Below are positions 20,562 to 29,615 of a stretch of 56,088 bases of DNA, piece after piece. The stretch's first letter is position 1. Each line of letters opens with the position of its first letter. The notes beneath the pieces were generated by a model. It saw only the letters and a program-made list of their open reading frames with translations, was not told the origin of the DNA and did not search any database. The position numbers and the translations under genes were made by a program. This DNA is from Dehalococcoidia bacterium (GTDB lineage: Bacteria > Chloroflexota > Dehalococcoidia > UBA2979), in NCBI GenBank assembly GCA_029247135.1, contig JAQWLS010000072.1, positions 1 through 56,088 on the forward strand. Reading direction: 5' to 3'.

Positions 20562-21248
20562 TTATGTTAGGTACTTAGCTAGAAAAATTGACAGATCAGA
20601 TATTGAATCTTGATTGATTTCGTGTTGCATTGAGTATTCTTTCATTGTTACGTTGGCACCTCGCGTTTCAAGCCTTTTATATGATTCTCGACCACGTTCA
20701 ATGTCGACCATAGGATCGTCAGTACCGTGTTGCACGAGTATCGGAAGGTCTGTTGGTAAACTGTCTATTTGATCTAGATCGTCAGGCAACCACGTTGATA
20801 AGGCAGCAACCGCAGATGTTGTAATTTGATTGCTGAATGCTAGTCGATAGGCTAGCGACCCCCCTTGGCTAAACCCTACCAGTGCTACTTTTTCTTCTTT
20901 CGCAGCGTACTTTCTTAACGCCGCCGGAATAAAAGATTCAAGCACAGAGACCATTTCTTCAATGTCGCCCTCTATTTTTTCGCCGTGCTCATCGCGCTGT
21001 TCCCAGGTAAACATTTGATTGTTCGAAGGGGCTTGGTAACCGGCAGGGACACCAACTGTGTGAGGCGCCTGCGGACAAATTATCAACGCTTTTCCTTCAC
21101 AAAGATGCGGCGCGAGCGGAAGCAAATCTAGACCGTGAGCTCCGTATCCATGCAGCAATATAATAGTAGGAAGATTTAGATCGGAGCTATTTTTGGGGCT
21201 GTAGACTGCGTGGGTTAGCAGGGCTAAATCGTCTTCGTTGTGTACCAT
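20562..21248 (-). CDS. Phospholipase/carboxylesterase (alpha/beta hydrolase)
   Basis: LLHGYG, GFSQGG, HGTDDPMV, MQHEI. Confidence 0.9.
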   Translation of the reverse strand: MVHNEDDLALLTHAVYSPKNSSDLNLPTIILLHGYGAHGLDLLPLAPHLCEGKALIICPQAPHTVGVPAGYQAPSNNQMFTWEQRDEHGEKIEGDIEEMVSVLESFIPAALRKYAAKEEKVALVGFSQGGSLAYRLAFSNQITTSAVAALSTWLPDDLDQIDSLPTDLPILVQHGTDDPMVDIERGRESYKRLETRGANVTMKEYSMQHEINQDSISDLSIFLAKYLT

Positions 21249-21334
21249 AGGACCTCTAATCTCCTAGTTTCTCAAGGTTGGGTTCAACTAGCTGTTGTTT
21301 GATGTTTAAAGTATAGTTAACAAGGGAATTAGCC

Positions 21335-21862
21335 ATGGCAGTTGAGATTACATTATTTAGTCAAGATATCACTTGCGAAAGTTGCATTGAGACTATTAAA
21401 GCGACTACAGATGCCACTGATGGTGCCAAATTTCTAAGTGGAGATGCGGATAGGCGCTCATTTTCACTTTCTCTCGAGCAAGGGCTAATACTCGATACGT
21501 TGCAGATTCGGTTGGGGGAGGCCGGGTACTCTTTAGGATCGGCAGCGCTTGCACCAGTAGCAGGTTCGTCTGGTGCGAAGTACGATCCCAAGCCTGTGAT
21601 TGATGCGACTGATTACGGTGCAGAAATTTCATATACTTGCCCATGTGGCAGTTCTACAGAAACGGTCGAATTTCATCGGGCACTCAAGAGACAGACTATT
21701 CAATCATGTTGTGATCATCATGCAATTGCTGAAGTCACTGCCGCTTGGCGACTTTTGGACGAACTCGGTTCGAATTATCAAATCGAGAGCACCCAAGTTG
21801 AGATGCCATGGGGACAATCGATGGAGTTTGCAATCGCTCGTTTGATCACAAGGTCTTTGTAG
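21335..21862 (+). CDS. Heavy-metal-associated (CopZ-like) domain fused to a Cys/His-rich domain
   Basis: N-terminal ITCESC...EAGY; C-terminal CPCG and CCDHH; directly upstream of a Cu-ATPase. Confidence 0.7.
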   Translation: MAVEITLFSQDITCESCIETIKATTDATDGAKFLSGDADRRSFSLSLEQGLILDTLQIRLGEAGYSLGSAALAPVAGSSGAKYDPKPVIDATDYGAEISYTCPCGSSTETVEFHRALKRQTIQSCCDHHAIAEVTAAWRLLDELGSNYQIESTQVEMPWGQSMEFAIARLITRSL

Positions 21863-21877
21863 CAGATACATCGACTG

Positions 21878-24253
21878 GTGAGTGAGATGAATTCAATTAT
21901 CGGAACCGTACTAAGCGGATCTGTTTCTGGGATGACTTGCGCCTCATGCGTTAGAAGAGTGGAGTCAGCACTTTTAGAAATCGAAGGAGTAACCATTGCG
22001 TCTGTAAATCTGGTTACAAATAGCGCCATAATCGAAGTCGAAGAGATTGCAGATAATACTGAGGGCGCACTAACGGCAGCAATTAAGCAGATTGGATACG
22101 AGTTAGAGTTTCCAAGTGGCGAATCGAAGTTTTCATGGCTGGAATCAGTTTTCCGCAGACAAGACAGAGAAATCGCAGTTCTTCGATTTAGGACATTTAT
22201 AGGAGTCCTTACAGCAATACCTGTTCTGCTATTTATGTGCGCTCGTTTTTTTTTCTCGTTTGAAATTGTTGATTCATCTATTCGATTGTTTGATATTGAG
22301 GCTAGTAAGTTTGTGTCGTTTGTCTTAGCGAGCGTTTCGATCAGTTGGATTGCCGCTCCAATTCACACAGCAACGTTACGGTCTCTGAAAAGCAGATCAG
22401 CCGATATGAATACGCTTATAACGCTTGGAATCACCGCAGCGTACATATATAGCGTGGTTGTCTTATTTACGCCTTTCGCGTGGGTATCGATACAGATTTC
22501 GAATCAGGCGCTTTATTTTGATGCAGTCGTCTTAGTAGTGTTTTTCTTATGGTTAGGGCGTTTTCTAGAGGCGAGGGCTCGGCATAATGCGGGGCAGATG
22601 TTACGAAATCTAGCGTCGACTTACCCGGAGACAGCAAATGTAATCGAGACTGATGGATCTGAGTTTCAGATCCCGGCAAAAGCGGTCAGGACGGGTGAAG
22701 TTGTGATTGTTAGGGCAGGTGAAAGAGTGCCTGTTGATGGACAGATTATCGAGGGAGAAACTTCAGCTGATGAATCGATGGTCACTGGTGAGTCTAAGCC
22801 TATCTCAAAGGGGGTTGGTGACTTATTGATCGGTGGGAGCCAGAATATCAATGGCACTGTGAAGGTGAAGGTAACAACCGTTGGCGATGCAAGTGTTTAT
22901 TCAAATATTGCTCAACTTGTCGAGCGTGCTCAAGCATCGAAGGCACCAATTCAGGAACTTGCAGATAGACTCGCGTCGGTTTTTGTGCCAGCGGTCTTGT
23001 GTCTGGCCATTTTTACATTCTTTGGTTGGTGGTTTTTTGGTCCTTCTAATGGATTTACCTTCGCCGTCATTAACTCGGTCACTGTTTTGGTAGTTGCGTG
23101 TCCGTGTGCTCTGGGTCTCGCAACTCCAGCAGCTATCGCGATGTCAGTAGGTCAGGCTGCAAAATCAGGAATATTAATTTCTAATGCTGGGGTTTTTGAA
23201 AATTTAACCAAGACGAAAAAACTATTATTTGATAAAACCGGGACTCTAACCCATGGGACACCTCGCGTAACCCAGATAGCCACTAGTGCGGACTCAACGT
23301 TTAGTGAGGAAGAGCTAATTTTTATGGTGGCAAGCGCTGAGCGAGGATCAAACCATCCACATGCAACCGCAATGTTTGACCTTGCTCGTGACAGAAATAT
23401 TGAACTTGTTTGGCCTCTGACCTTCAGAGCCTTACCAGGAAATGGGATTACTGCCGAGCTCAGCAGGGATGATGAAGAATATAAAGTGGTTATTGGAAAT
23501 AGTGCCTTACTTTTATCGCAAGATATTTCAGTGAGTGGTCTGGATGATATTTTTGAGAAGTCCGTTTCGGATGGCCTAACTCCTGTTTTTCTGGCAGTCA
23601 ATGGATCTGCAGTAGGGATATTTGGGCTAGAAGACTCGATAAGAGTAGATGCCGAATCAGTTATTTATGGTCTCAGACGATTCTCAGTAGTGCCTGTGAT
23701 GGTCTCTGGCGACATTGCTCCGGTCACGAATCTTGTTGCTAAAAAAGTAGGAATTGATTTGACCTTTTCAGAGATTAGTCCGGCAGAAAAGTACCAAATC
23801 GTAGCAGCCGAGCAAGAGAGCCAAACTGGGCTTGTCGCGATGATTGGTGATGGTATTAATGATGCACCAGCACTTGCTCAAGCTGACGTTGGTATATCTA
23901 TGATGAATAGTTCTGACCTTACTCAAAGTAGTGCAGGAGTGAATTTTTTGCGACCAGATTTATCAGGACTTTTGTATTTATTAAAGCTATCTCATGCCAC
24001 GATTCGAGTGATGCGACAGAATCTAGGCTGGGCTTTCATTTATAACTTACTTCTGTTGCCGATTGCGATGGGGGCGGGCTATGTGTTAACTCAATTATTT
24101 GTGGGTGATGTTCAAGTTCCCAAGTTCTTATCGATTGTTTTCTCTGAAAATTGGTTTTTGAATCCAGCTGCAGCTGGCGCGGCTATGGCATTCTCATCAT
24201 TATCAGTTATTTTAAACAGTCTGCGTTTGGGGAGATTACAGGCAGACTCTTAA
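21878..24253 (+). CDS. copA: Copper-translocating P1B-type ATPase
   Basis: GMTCASC, TGES, ACPCALGLATP, DKTGTLT, HP, GDGINDAPALA, YN and MAFSS Cu+ motifs. Confidence 0.93.
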   Translation: MSEMNSIIGTVLSGSVSGMTCASCVRRVESALLEIEGVTIASVNLVTNSAIIEVEEIADNTEGALTAAIKQIGYELEFPSGESKFSWLESVFRRQDREIAVLRFRTFIGVLTAIPVLLFMCARFFFSFEIVDSSIRLFDIEASKFVSFVLASVSISWIAAPIHTATLRSLKSRSADMNTLITLGITAAYIYSVVVLFTPFAWVSIQISNQALYFDAVVLVVFFLWLGRFLEARARHNAGQMLRNLASTYPETANVIETDGSEFQIPAKAVRTGEVVIVRAGERVPVDGQIIEGETSADESMVTGESKPISKGVGDLLIGGSQNINGTVKVKVTTVGDASVYSNIAQLVERAQASKAPIQELADRLASVFVPAVLCLAIFTFFGWWFFGPSNGFTFAVINSVTVLVVACPCALGLATPAAIAMSVGQAAKSGILISNAGVFENLTKTKKLLFDKTGTLTHGTPRVTQIATSADSTFSEEELIFMVASAERGSNHPHATAMFDLARDRNIELVWPLTFRALPGNGITAELSRDDEEYKVVIGNSALLLSQDISVSGLDDIFEKSVSDGLTPVFLAVNGSAVGIFGLEDSIRVDAESVIYGLRRFSVVPVMVSGDIAPVTNLVAKKVGIDLTFSEISPAEKYQIVAAEQESQTGLVAMIGDGINDAPALAQADVGISMMNSSDLTQSSAGVNFLRPDLSGLLYLLKLSHATIRVMRQNLGWAFIYNLLLLPIAMGAGYVLTQLFVGDVQVPKFLSIVFSENWFLNPAAAGAAMAFSSLSVILNSLRLGRLQADS

Positions 24254-24343
24254 ATATCATTGTAAATATTTCTAGATCACTAAAAAGAATTCGCTGATCG
24301 ATTAGACTGGTGAGACAGTTTTATACTTTTTTGGAGGATTTTT

Positions 24344-25525
24344 ATGGACTTCAATTTTACGACTAAGCAGACGGAATTCCGCAGTACTGTTCATGATTTT
24401 ATAGAAAATAATTGGGTTAAAGGTGCTTGGGCTGCCCGAAGTGAACGTTGGAAAGCAGCTAGGGCGTATGAAAGTTCACTTGCTGATGGCGGCTGGTTAA
24501 CGATGTCATGGCCGGAAGATTATGGCGGCGGCGGTGCTACTTACTGGGAACAAATGATTTTTAATGAAGAGTCAGCATTAGCTAATGCACCCTCCGGCGG
24601 ACAAGGAGCTGACAGAGTAGGTCCGGTGCTTATTATTCATGGCACTGATGCCCAGAAGCAGGAGCATTTGCCCCCAATTGCGCAAGGTGAAGTGATGTGG
24701 TGCCAAGGCTATTCAGAGCCGGGTTCGGGATCTGACCTGGCATCGTTGCAAACTCGAGCGACCCGTGATGGTGATGATTTTATAATTAATGGTCAGAAAA
24801 TATGGACCTCAGGAGCTATGGAAGCTGACTGGGTGCATATTCTTACTCGGACTGACGCGGAGGCGCCCAAGCACAGAGGAATTTCTTACTTCATGCTTAA
24901 GTTGGATACTCCGGGCATCACCATTCGCCCGATTTCACAGCTACATGATGAAGGTGATAGTGATGGACACGGATTCAATGAAACATTTTTTGAAGATGTC
25001 CGAGTGCCCGCGAAAAATATGATTGGCGAAGAAAACAGGGGCTGGTATGTCGCGGCGACCGCTTTAGATTTTGAACGTAGTGGAATCCATCGGATGGCGG
25101 GTGCGATCTCGCCCTATTACCGATTGTTAGAAAATGCCAAGGAGGTGAATTCAAGAGGTCGTGGCAGAAAAATATCGGATCACGCGCCTTCACGGCAGGC
25201 ACTAGCTGAAACTCGTATTGAAATTGAGGTTGCTAGGTATCTTGGATATCGGGTTACGTGGATGCAAGCCTCCAATCTTGTACCCAATCAGGAGTCATCA
25301 ATGTCGAAAATGTTTGGCTCGGAATTGCAACAGAGAACGGCTCGTCGTGGAATCAGCATGTTGGGACTTTATGGCGGGTTGAGACCATCTGATTCGCATG
25401 CTCCACTCAGTGGTGAATTTTGTCAGTATTACATGACTACTGTCTCGCTAACGATTGCGGCTGGTACGAGTGAGATACAGCGCAACATCATTGCAACTCG
25501 TGGACTTGGATTACCGCGGGGTTAG
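24344..25525 (+). CDS. Acyl-CoA dehydrogenase family protein
   Basis: WCQGYSEPGSGSDLASL, NGQKIWTS, FNETFFEDVRVP, TIAAGTSEIQRNIIA. Confidence 0.93.
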   Translation: MDFNFTTKQTEFRSTVHDFIENNWVKGAWAARSERWKAARAYESSLADGGWLTMSWPEDYGGGGATYWEQMIFNEESALANAPSGGQGADRVGPVLIIHGTDAQKQEHLPPIAQGEVMWCQGYSEPGSGSDLASLQTRATRDGDDFIINGQKIWTSGAMEADWVHILTRTDAEAPKHRGISYFMLKLDTPGITIRPISQLHDEGDSDGHGFNETFFEDVRVPAKNMIGEENRGWYVAATALDFERSGIHRMAGAISPYYRLLENAKEVNSRGRGRKISDHAPSRQALAETRIEIEVARYLGYRVTWMQASNLVPNQESSMSKMFGSELQQRTARRGISMLGLYGGLRPSDSHAPLSGEFCQYYMTTVSLTIAAGTSEIQRNIIATRGLGLPRG

Positions 25526-25532
25526 AAAATGT

Positions 25533-25546
25533 ACCTTTTCGAAGGT
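25533..25546 (+). other. Short UUCG-tetraloop hairpin after the acyl-CoA dehydrogenase stop
   Basis: ACCTT-TTCG-AAGGT; no U-tract follows, so not a canonical intrinsic terminator. Confidence 0.3.
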
Positions 25547-25555
25547 GGTTGAAAT

Positions 25556-25567
25556 GTGTTATAACAC
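25556..25567. promoter_or_regulatory. Perfect 12-bp palindrome GTGTTATAACAC, candidate operator of the DUF1800 operon
   Basis: Exact inverted symmetry; lies just after a TTGAAA hexamer and 48 nt before the ATG. Confidence 0.5.
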
Positions 25568-25615
25568 TGTAAGTTAACGATTTATTTACTAAAAAAATAT
25601 AGTTGGAGTGACCTG

Positions 25616-27040
25616 ATGACAACCGAGATTTCGATATCTACAGATGAGAGAATCGCCCTTATTGGGCATTTAATGCGCCGAGTTGGTGTGGGTGCCAGTC
25701 GCGACAGACTTGAGTCTCTTTCAGAGAAATCGTATGAGCAGTTGGTAGAAGACCTGCTGAGCCCGAATCTGTATGCTGACCCAGATGTAGATCTATTGGA
25801 CAGATACCTGCCACAATCAGCAAGTCCTGATACTGGCGCTACGTGGGCCGCCCGATGGATGTATAACCTTGCGCAGAGTGATCGCCCATTAATGGAAAAA
25901 ATGGCACTGTTTTGGCATCATGTGTTCGCGACTGCATGGTATAAGGCTGAGAATGGGCCGGCAATAGTGCAACACATGGAGATGTTTAGAGAAGTTGGCC
26001 TTGGTAATATGCGCGATATCTTGTTAGCTCTTTCTAGAGATCCAAACATGATTTTTTGGCTAGATAATTCTGAGAGCAGAGACGGTGCAGTTAACGAAAA
26101 CTACGGTCGGGAACTATTAGAGTTGTTTTCGATGGGTATTGGAACCTATACCGAAACTGACGTCAAAATGGCTGCTAGGGCATTTACTGGATGGACTTTT
26201 AAGCAGCCGATTCCTCTTTACCCGTATGGCGGATATGCGGCAGAATTTATTTATCATCCTGAGCAGCATGATAACTCGGAAAAAGAATTTCTCGGCGAAA
26301 AAGGAAATTTCAATGGAGAAGATATTATCGACATTATAGTGAAGCAGGAGGCATGTGCTCGCTTCATTTCACGGCATTTGTATAATTTTTTCGTCGCTGA
26401 CGAACCGCAAGTACCTGCATGGAGTATTACTCCGCCCCAGGATCAGCAAGCAATTGATGAACTTACAGGCGTATTTTTGGATTCGGATGGTGATTTAACA
26501 GCAGTAATGCGAGTCTTATTGAATGCAAATTGGTTCAAGGATGCACGTTTCAAAAAAATAAAGAGTCCTGCCGAATTTGTGGCTGGTGCGTTGGTACTGT
26601 CGGGCTTGCCAGAAACACCGGACCCTATGTTGGCCTCATTGAACGCTGCGACGACCGCGATGGGGCAGCAATTGCTTAATCCACCTACCGTTGAGGGCTG
26701 GCATACAGGGAAAGAGTGGCTGGACTCTGGAACACTGACTGAAAGAGTAAATTTCGCAGTAAATCAAGTTGCAGAAGCGTCACTTCCTGGGGTGAGTAGT
26801 ATTCTGTCGAAAATTCAGTCGCACGGTGATAATTTATCATCAGAGGAATTGGTAAATTTATGTTTGGATCTCACTGGTCACGTGGAGATTAGTGGTGACA
26901 CCCATGCGGCACTTGTTGATCTTGCGAGTCAAGGAGGACAGCTCCAATTTGATACGGAAGTAAATGTCACAGAGAGTCAAAAGCAGATTATTAGACTTTT
27001 GCAGCTGATTGTATCGGCGCCTGAGTATCAATTCGCCTAA
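25616..27040 (+). CDS. DUF1800 domain protein
   Basis: HLMRRVG, EKMALFWHHVFAT, MIFWLDN, NENYGRELLELFSMG, ARAFTGW, PPTVEGW, PEYQ. Confidence 0.92.
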   Translation: MTTEISISTDERIALIGHLMRRVGVGASRDRLESLSEKSYEQLVEDLLSPNLYADPDVDLLDRYLPQSASPDTGATWAARWMYNLAQSDRPLMEKMALFWHHVFATAWYKAENGPAIVQHMEMFREVGLGNMRDILLALSRDPNMIFWLDNSESRDGAVNENYGRELLELFSMGIGTYTETDVKMAARAFTGWTFKQPIPLYPYGGYAAEFIYHPEQHDNSEKEFLGEKGNFNGEDIIDIIVKQEACARFISRHLYNFFVADEPQVPAWSITPPQDQQAIDELTGVFLDSDGDLTAVMRVLLNANWFKDARFKKIKSPAEFVAGALVLSGLPETPDPMLASLNAATTAMGQQLLNPPTVEGWHTGKEWLDSGTLTERVNFAVNQVAEASLPGVSSILSKIQSHGDNLSSEELVNLCLDLTGHVEISGDTHAALVDLASQGGQLQFDTEVNVTESQKQIIRLLQLIVSAPEYQFA

Positions 27041-27067
27041 TAAGAGTATTTAATAGAGGAGATATCT

Positions 27068-28216
27068 ATGACGACTAAGAAGAAAGATCCAGTTTTAGTT
27101 GTAGTTCAGCTATCAGGTGGCTTGGATTTTATGAATACACTGATTCCGTATACGGATGGTCGTATTTATGACTGGCGACCTACGGTCTCGGTGGCTGCAG
27201 AATCTACTATTTCTCTTGATGATCGGCTGGCATGGCATCCTTCTGCGCAAGCACTGTCTGAGCTCTATAACGCTGGCAACGTGGCAGCTATCCAAGGTGT
27301 TGGCTATGAGAACGCGAGCCGATCTCACTTTCGTGCCATGGATATAATGCATACCTGCGAACCTGAAAAAGTAGCAACCGAAGGCTGGTTGGGTAAAGTC
27401 ACCCGTGAATTAGATCCCAATTCAGAAAATCCATTAACTGCTGTCTCTATTGGGAGAGGTCTACCTAGAGCGTTAGTTGCACCAGGGGTAACGGCAACAT
27501 CCGTGGGCAATCTGGACAAATTTGGGTTAATGACAAAGATTGAGCAAGTAGAGGAGCGAACCGCTAACCTTGATATTTTCAAGCGAATGTATAGCCCAGC
27601 CGTGGGTAACGGATTGGTCAATGACTACCTTGCTCAGACTGGACGCGATATTCTGCGAGGTGCAGATATGTTGGCGGATGTGCCTTCTCGGTATTCAAGT
27701 GATGTGGAGTATGCGAACAATCCCATCGCTCAGGCGCTTCGCGACGTCGCACGGATACATACCGCGGGCATGGGTACCCGAGTGTTTTATACGAACCACG
27801 TGGGGTACGACTATCACTCTCTCGAGAATGAAGTTCACCCGCGCATGTTGACTGAACTAACAGAAGCAATATCTGATTTTATGACTGATATCAGAAATCA
27901 TGACGCATCGGAAGAAGTGACTATCTTAGTCTTTACCGAATTCGGAAGACGGATAATGGATAATGGCTCGGGAACCGATCACGGCACTGGTGGTGGTGCA
28001 TATATCATTGGCGACCACGTATCTGGAGGTTTGTACGCGGAATATCCATCACTTGATCCAAAGGATTGGTTGTATGGTGAAGACTTAACGCACACGATTG
28101 ATTATCGAAGCATATACACCAGTATTCTTGAGCAATGGATGGGCATGGATGCTCAACCAATTGTCGGTGGTACGTATGAGCAAATTAGACCATACAACAC
28201 AACGATGTTGGTTTAG
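27068..28216 (+). CDS. DUF1501 domain protein
   Basis: LVVVQLSGG.D..NT, SRSHF, GWLG, YDYH, TEFGR, GTDHG, DYRSIY; canonical partner of DUF1800. Confidence 0.92.
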   Translation: MTTKKKDPVLVVVQLSGGLDFMNTLIPYTDGRIYDWRPTVSVAAESTISLDDRLAWHPSAQALSELYNAGNVAAIQGVGYENASRSHFRAMDIMHTCEPEKVATEGWLGKVTRELDPNSENPLTAVSIGRGLPRALVAPGVTATSVGNLDKFGLMTKIEQVEERTANLDIFKRMYSPAVGNGLVNDYLAQTGRDILRGADMLADVPSRYSSDVEYANNPIAQALRDVARIHTAGMGTRVFYTNHVGYDYHSLENEVHPRMLTELTEAISDFMTDIRNHDASEEVTILVFTEFGRRIMDNGSGTDHGTGGGAYIIGDHVSGGLYAEYPSLDPKDWLYGEDLTHTIDYRSIYTSILEQWMGMDAQPIVGGTYEQIRPYNTTMLV

Positions 28217-28241
28217 ATTACTAAAAAAGCGAGAAAAAGAT

Positions 28242-29261
28242 ATGACTACAGATATAAAGAAGACGGACACCGCTGATTATGAGGTTTTGCTCAGGGCTGG
28301 GTTTCCGTACGAAAAGACATTGGGGATGCGGCGGATAACTTGGTATCCCATTGATATAGAAGTTGGCCCTAATAATGAAGTCTACTGTCTAGGCCGATTC
28401 GATGTGGGGGGCAGTATTAGGACTGTAAGTTGGGATGATAAAGATTTAGGTGGAATTGGTGGCGGCTGGACTTGGCCCGCCGGAATAACCAAGGACCAAG
28501 ATGGTCTTTTATATATATCAGATGAAGGTGCTCATAATATTACGATGCTAAAGACGGATGGTGAAGAGATTGGCCGATGGGGAGAATATGGTTCAGAACC
28601 TGGTCAATTAAATAGGCCATCTCATATGGCATTTGACTCCGATGGAAATATATTGATATCAGACACGCAGAATCACAGGATTCAGAAATTTTCTTCTACT
28701 GGAGAATTCATATCTTCGTTCGGGACTTTTGGTGACCAGCCTGGTCAGTTTAATATGCCTTGGGGTATTTCAGTCACGCCAGAAGATAACATCGTCGTTG
28801 CTGACTGGAGAAATGATCGAATTCAAGTATTCGATTCATCTGGAACTGTCCTCGAGGTTGTAGGTTCATCAGGATCTGGTCCTGGGCAATTGTCTCGCCC
28901 AGCAGGAATATCAGTTGATGCCGACGGAGATATATACGTAGTTGATCGAGGTAATGGTAGGGTTTTGCAATTTGATCGGAACGGCCGACACGTGGAAGAG
29001 TTCATTGGAGACTCAACACTTGGTGAAATGGGACGAATTTACATACTAACTAATTTAAAGGTATTACGACTTCGTGATATGGCTGATCTCGAGCCCACGA
29101 AGAGATTTAAGTCACCGAGTTCGGTTAGAACCCAAGATGGCCGATTGTTTGTAGGCGATTATGGCTGTCACCGAGTTCAGGTATATAAGAAAGAGGCATA
29201 CAGACTAGCTTCAGAAGAAGTTATGGATTTACCCAAAGTGCCAAATTTATTTACGGTCTGA
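28242..29261 (+). CDS. NHL-repeat beta-propeller protein
   Basis: Repeats GQLNRPSHMAFD..DTQNHRIQKF, GQFNMPWGI..DWRNDRIQVF, GQLSRPAGI..DRGNGRV; start moved to ATG 28242 to avoid overlap. Confidence 0.9.
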   Translation: MTTDIKKTDTADYEVLLRAGFPYEKTLGMRRITWYPIDIEVGPNNEVYCLGRFDVGGSIRTVSWDDKDLGGIGGGWTWPAGITKDQDGLLYISDEGAHNITMLKTDGEEIGRWGEYGSEPGQLNRPSHMAFDSDGNILISDTQNHRIQKFSSTGEFISSFGTFGDQPGQFNMPWGISVTPEDNIVVADWRNDRIQVFDSSGTVLEVVGSSGSGPGQLSRPAGISVDADGDIYVVDRGNGRVLQFDRNGRHVEEFIGDSTLGEMGRIYILTNLKVLRLRDMADLEPTKRFKSPSSVRTQDGRLFVGDYGCHRVQVYKKEAYRLASEEVMDLPKVPNLFTV

Positions 29262-29265
29262 ATCC

Positions 29266-29604
29266 ATGCCAATAATGATTGGTTTTTCTCAGCACAGGAA
29301 GACGCTGCTTTCGGAAGAGCTAGACCGTGTCAGGAGAGAATTCCCTTCACTAGGCCTCATCAAAGTGTGGTTAGCTGGTGACTTTTCACGGGGCTATGTT
29401 GATTTTGATACGCCATTGGAATTTTTGATTATTAGAGATACCACTGATCCATATCCAAAAAGGGCAGACTTTTTCACAGATCATTTGCGCCCGCAAGTTG
29501 AGACACATTTTCATGTGTACAATCCGGATGAATTTAGTCAGGGCGAGTGTGAGGATCGGTTTGTAGAACTAACACTGAGGGCCGGCGAATTGATCTATGG
29601 TTAG
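29266..29604 (+). CDS. Minimal nucleotidyltransferase (MNT)-like protein, catalytic motif degenerate
   Basis: 112 aa; KVWLAGDFSRG..DTPLEFLII aligns with consensus KVILFGSxARG..SDIDLLVI; VYNPDEF; adjacent to a HEPN gene. Confidence 0.65.
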   Translation: MPIMIGFSQHRKTLLSEELDRVRREFPSLGLIKVWLAGDFSRGYVDFDTPLEFLIIRDTTDPYPKRADFFTDHLRPQVETHFHVYNPDEFSQGECEDRFVELTLRAGELIYG

Positions 29605-29615
29605 GACGTTGATGA

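Noticed and set aside
28098-28241. 48-aa N-terminal extension of the NHL protein overlapping DUF1501
   Set aside because: It overlaps the upstream gene by over 100 nt; ATG 28242 gives a normal 25-nt gap
28500-28990. Recurring GGTCA/CCTGG-type DNA similarity as a possible CRISPR or repeat array
   Set aside because: Explained by protein-level NHL repeats; no identical repeats with unique spacers
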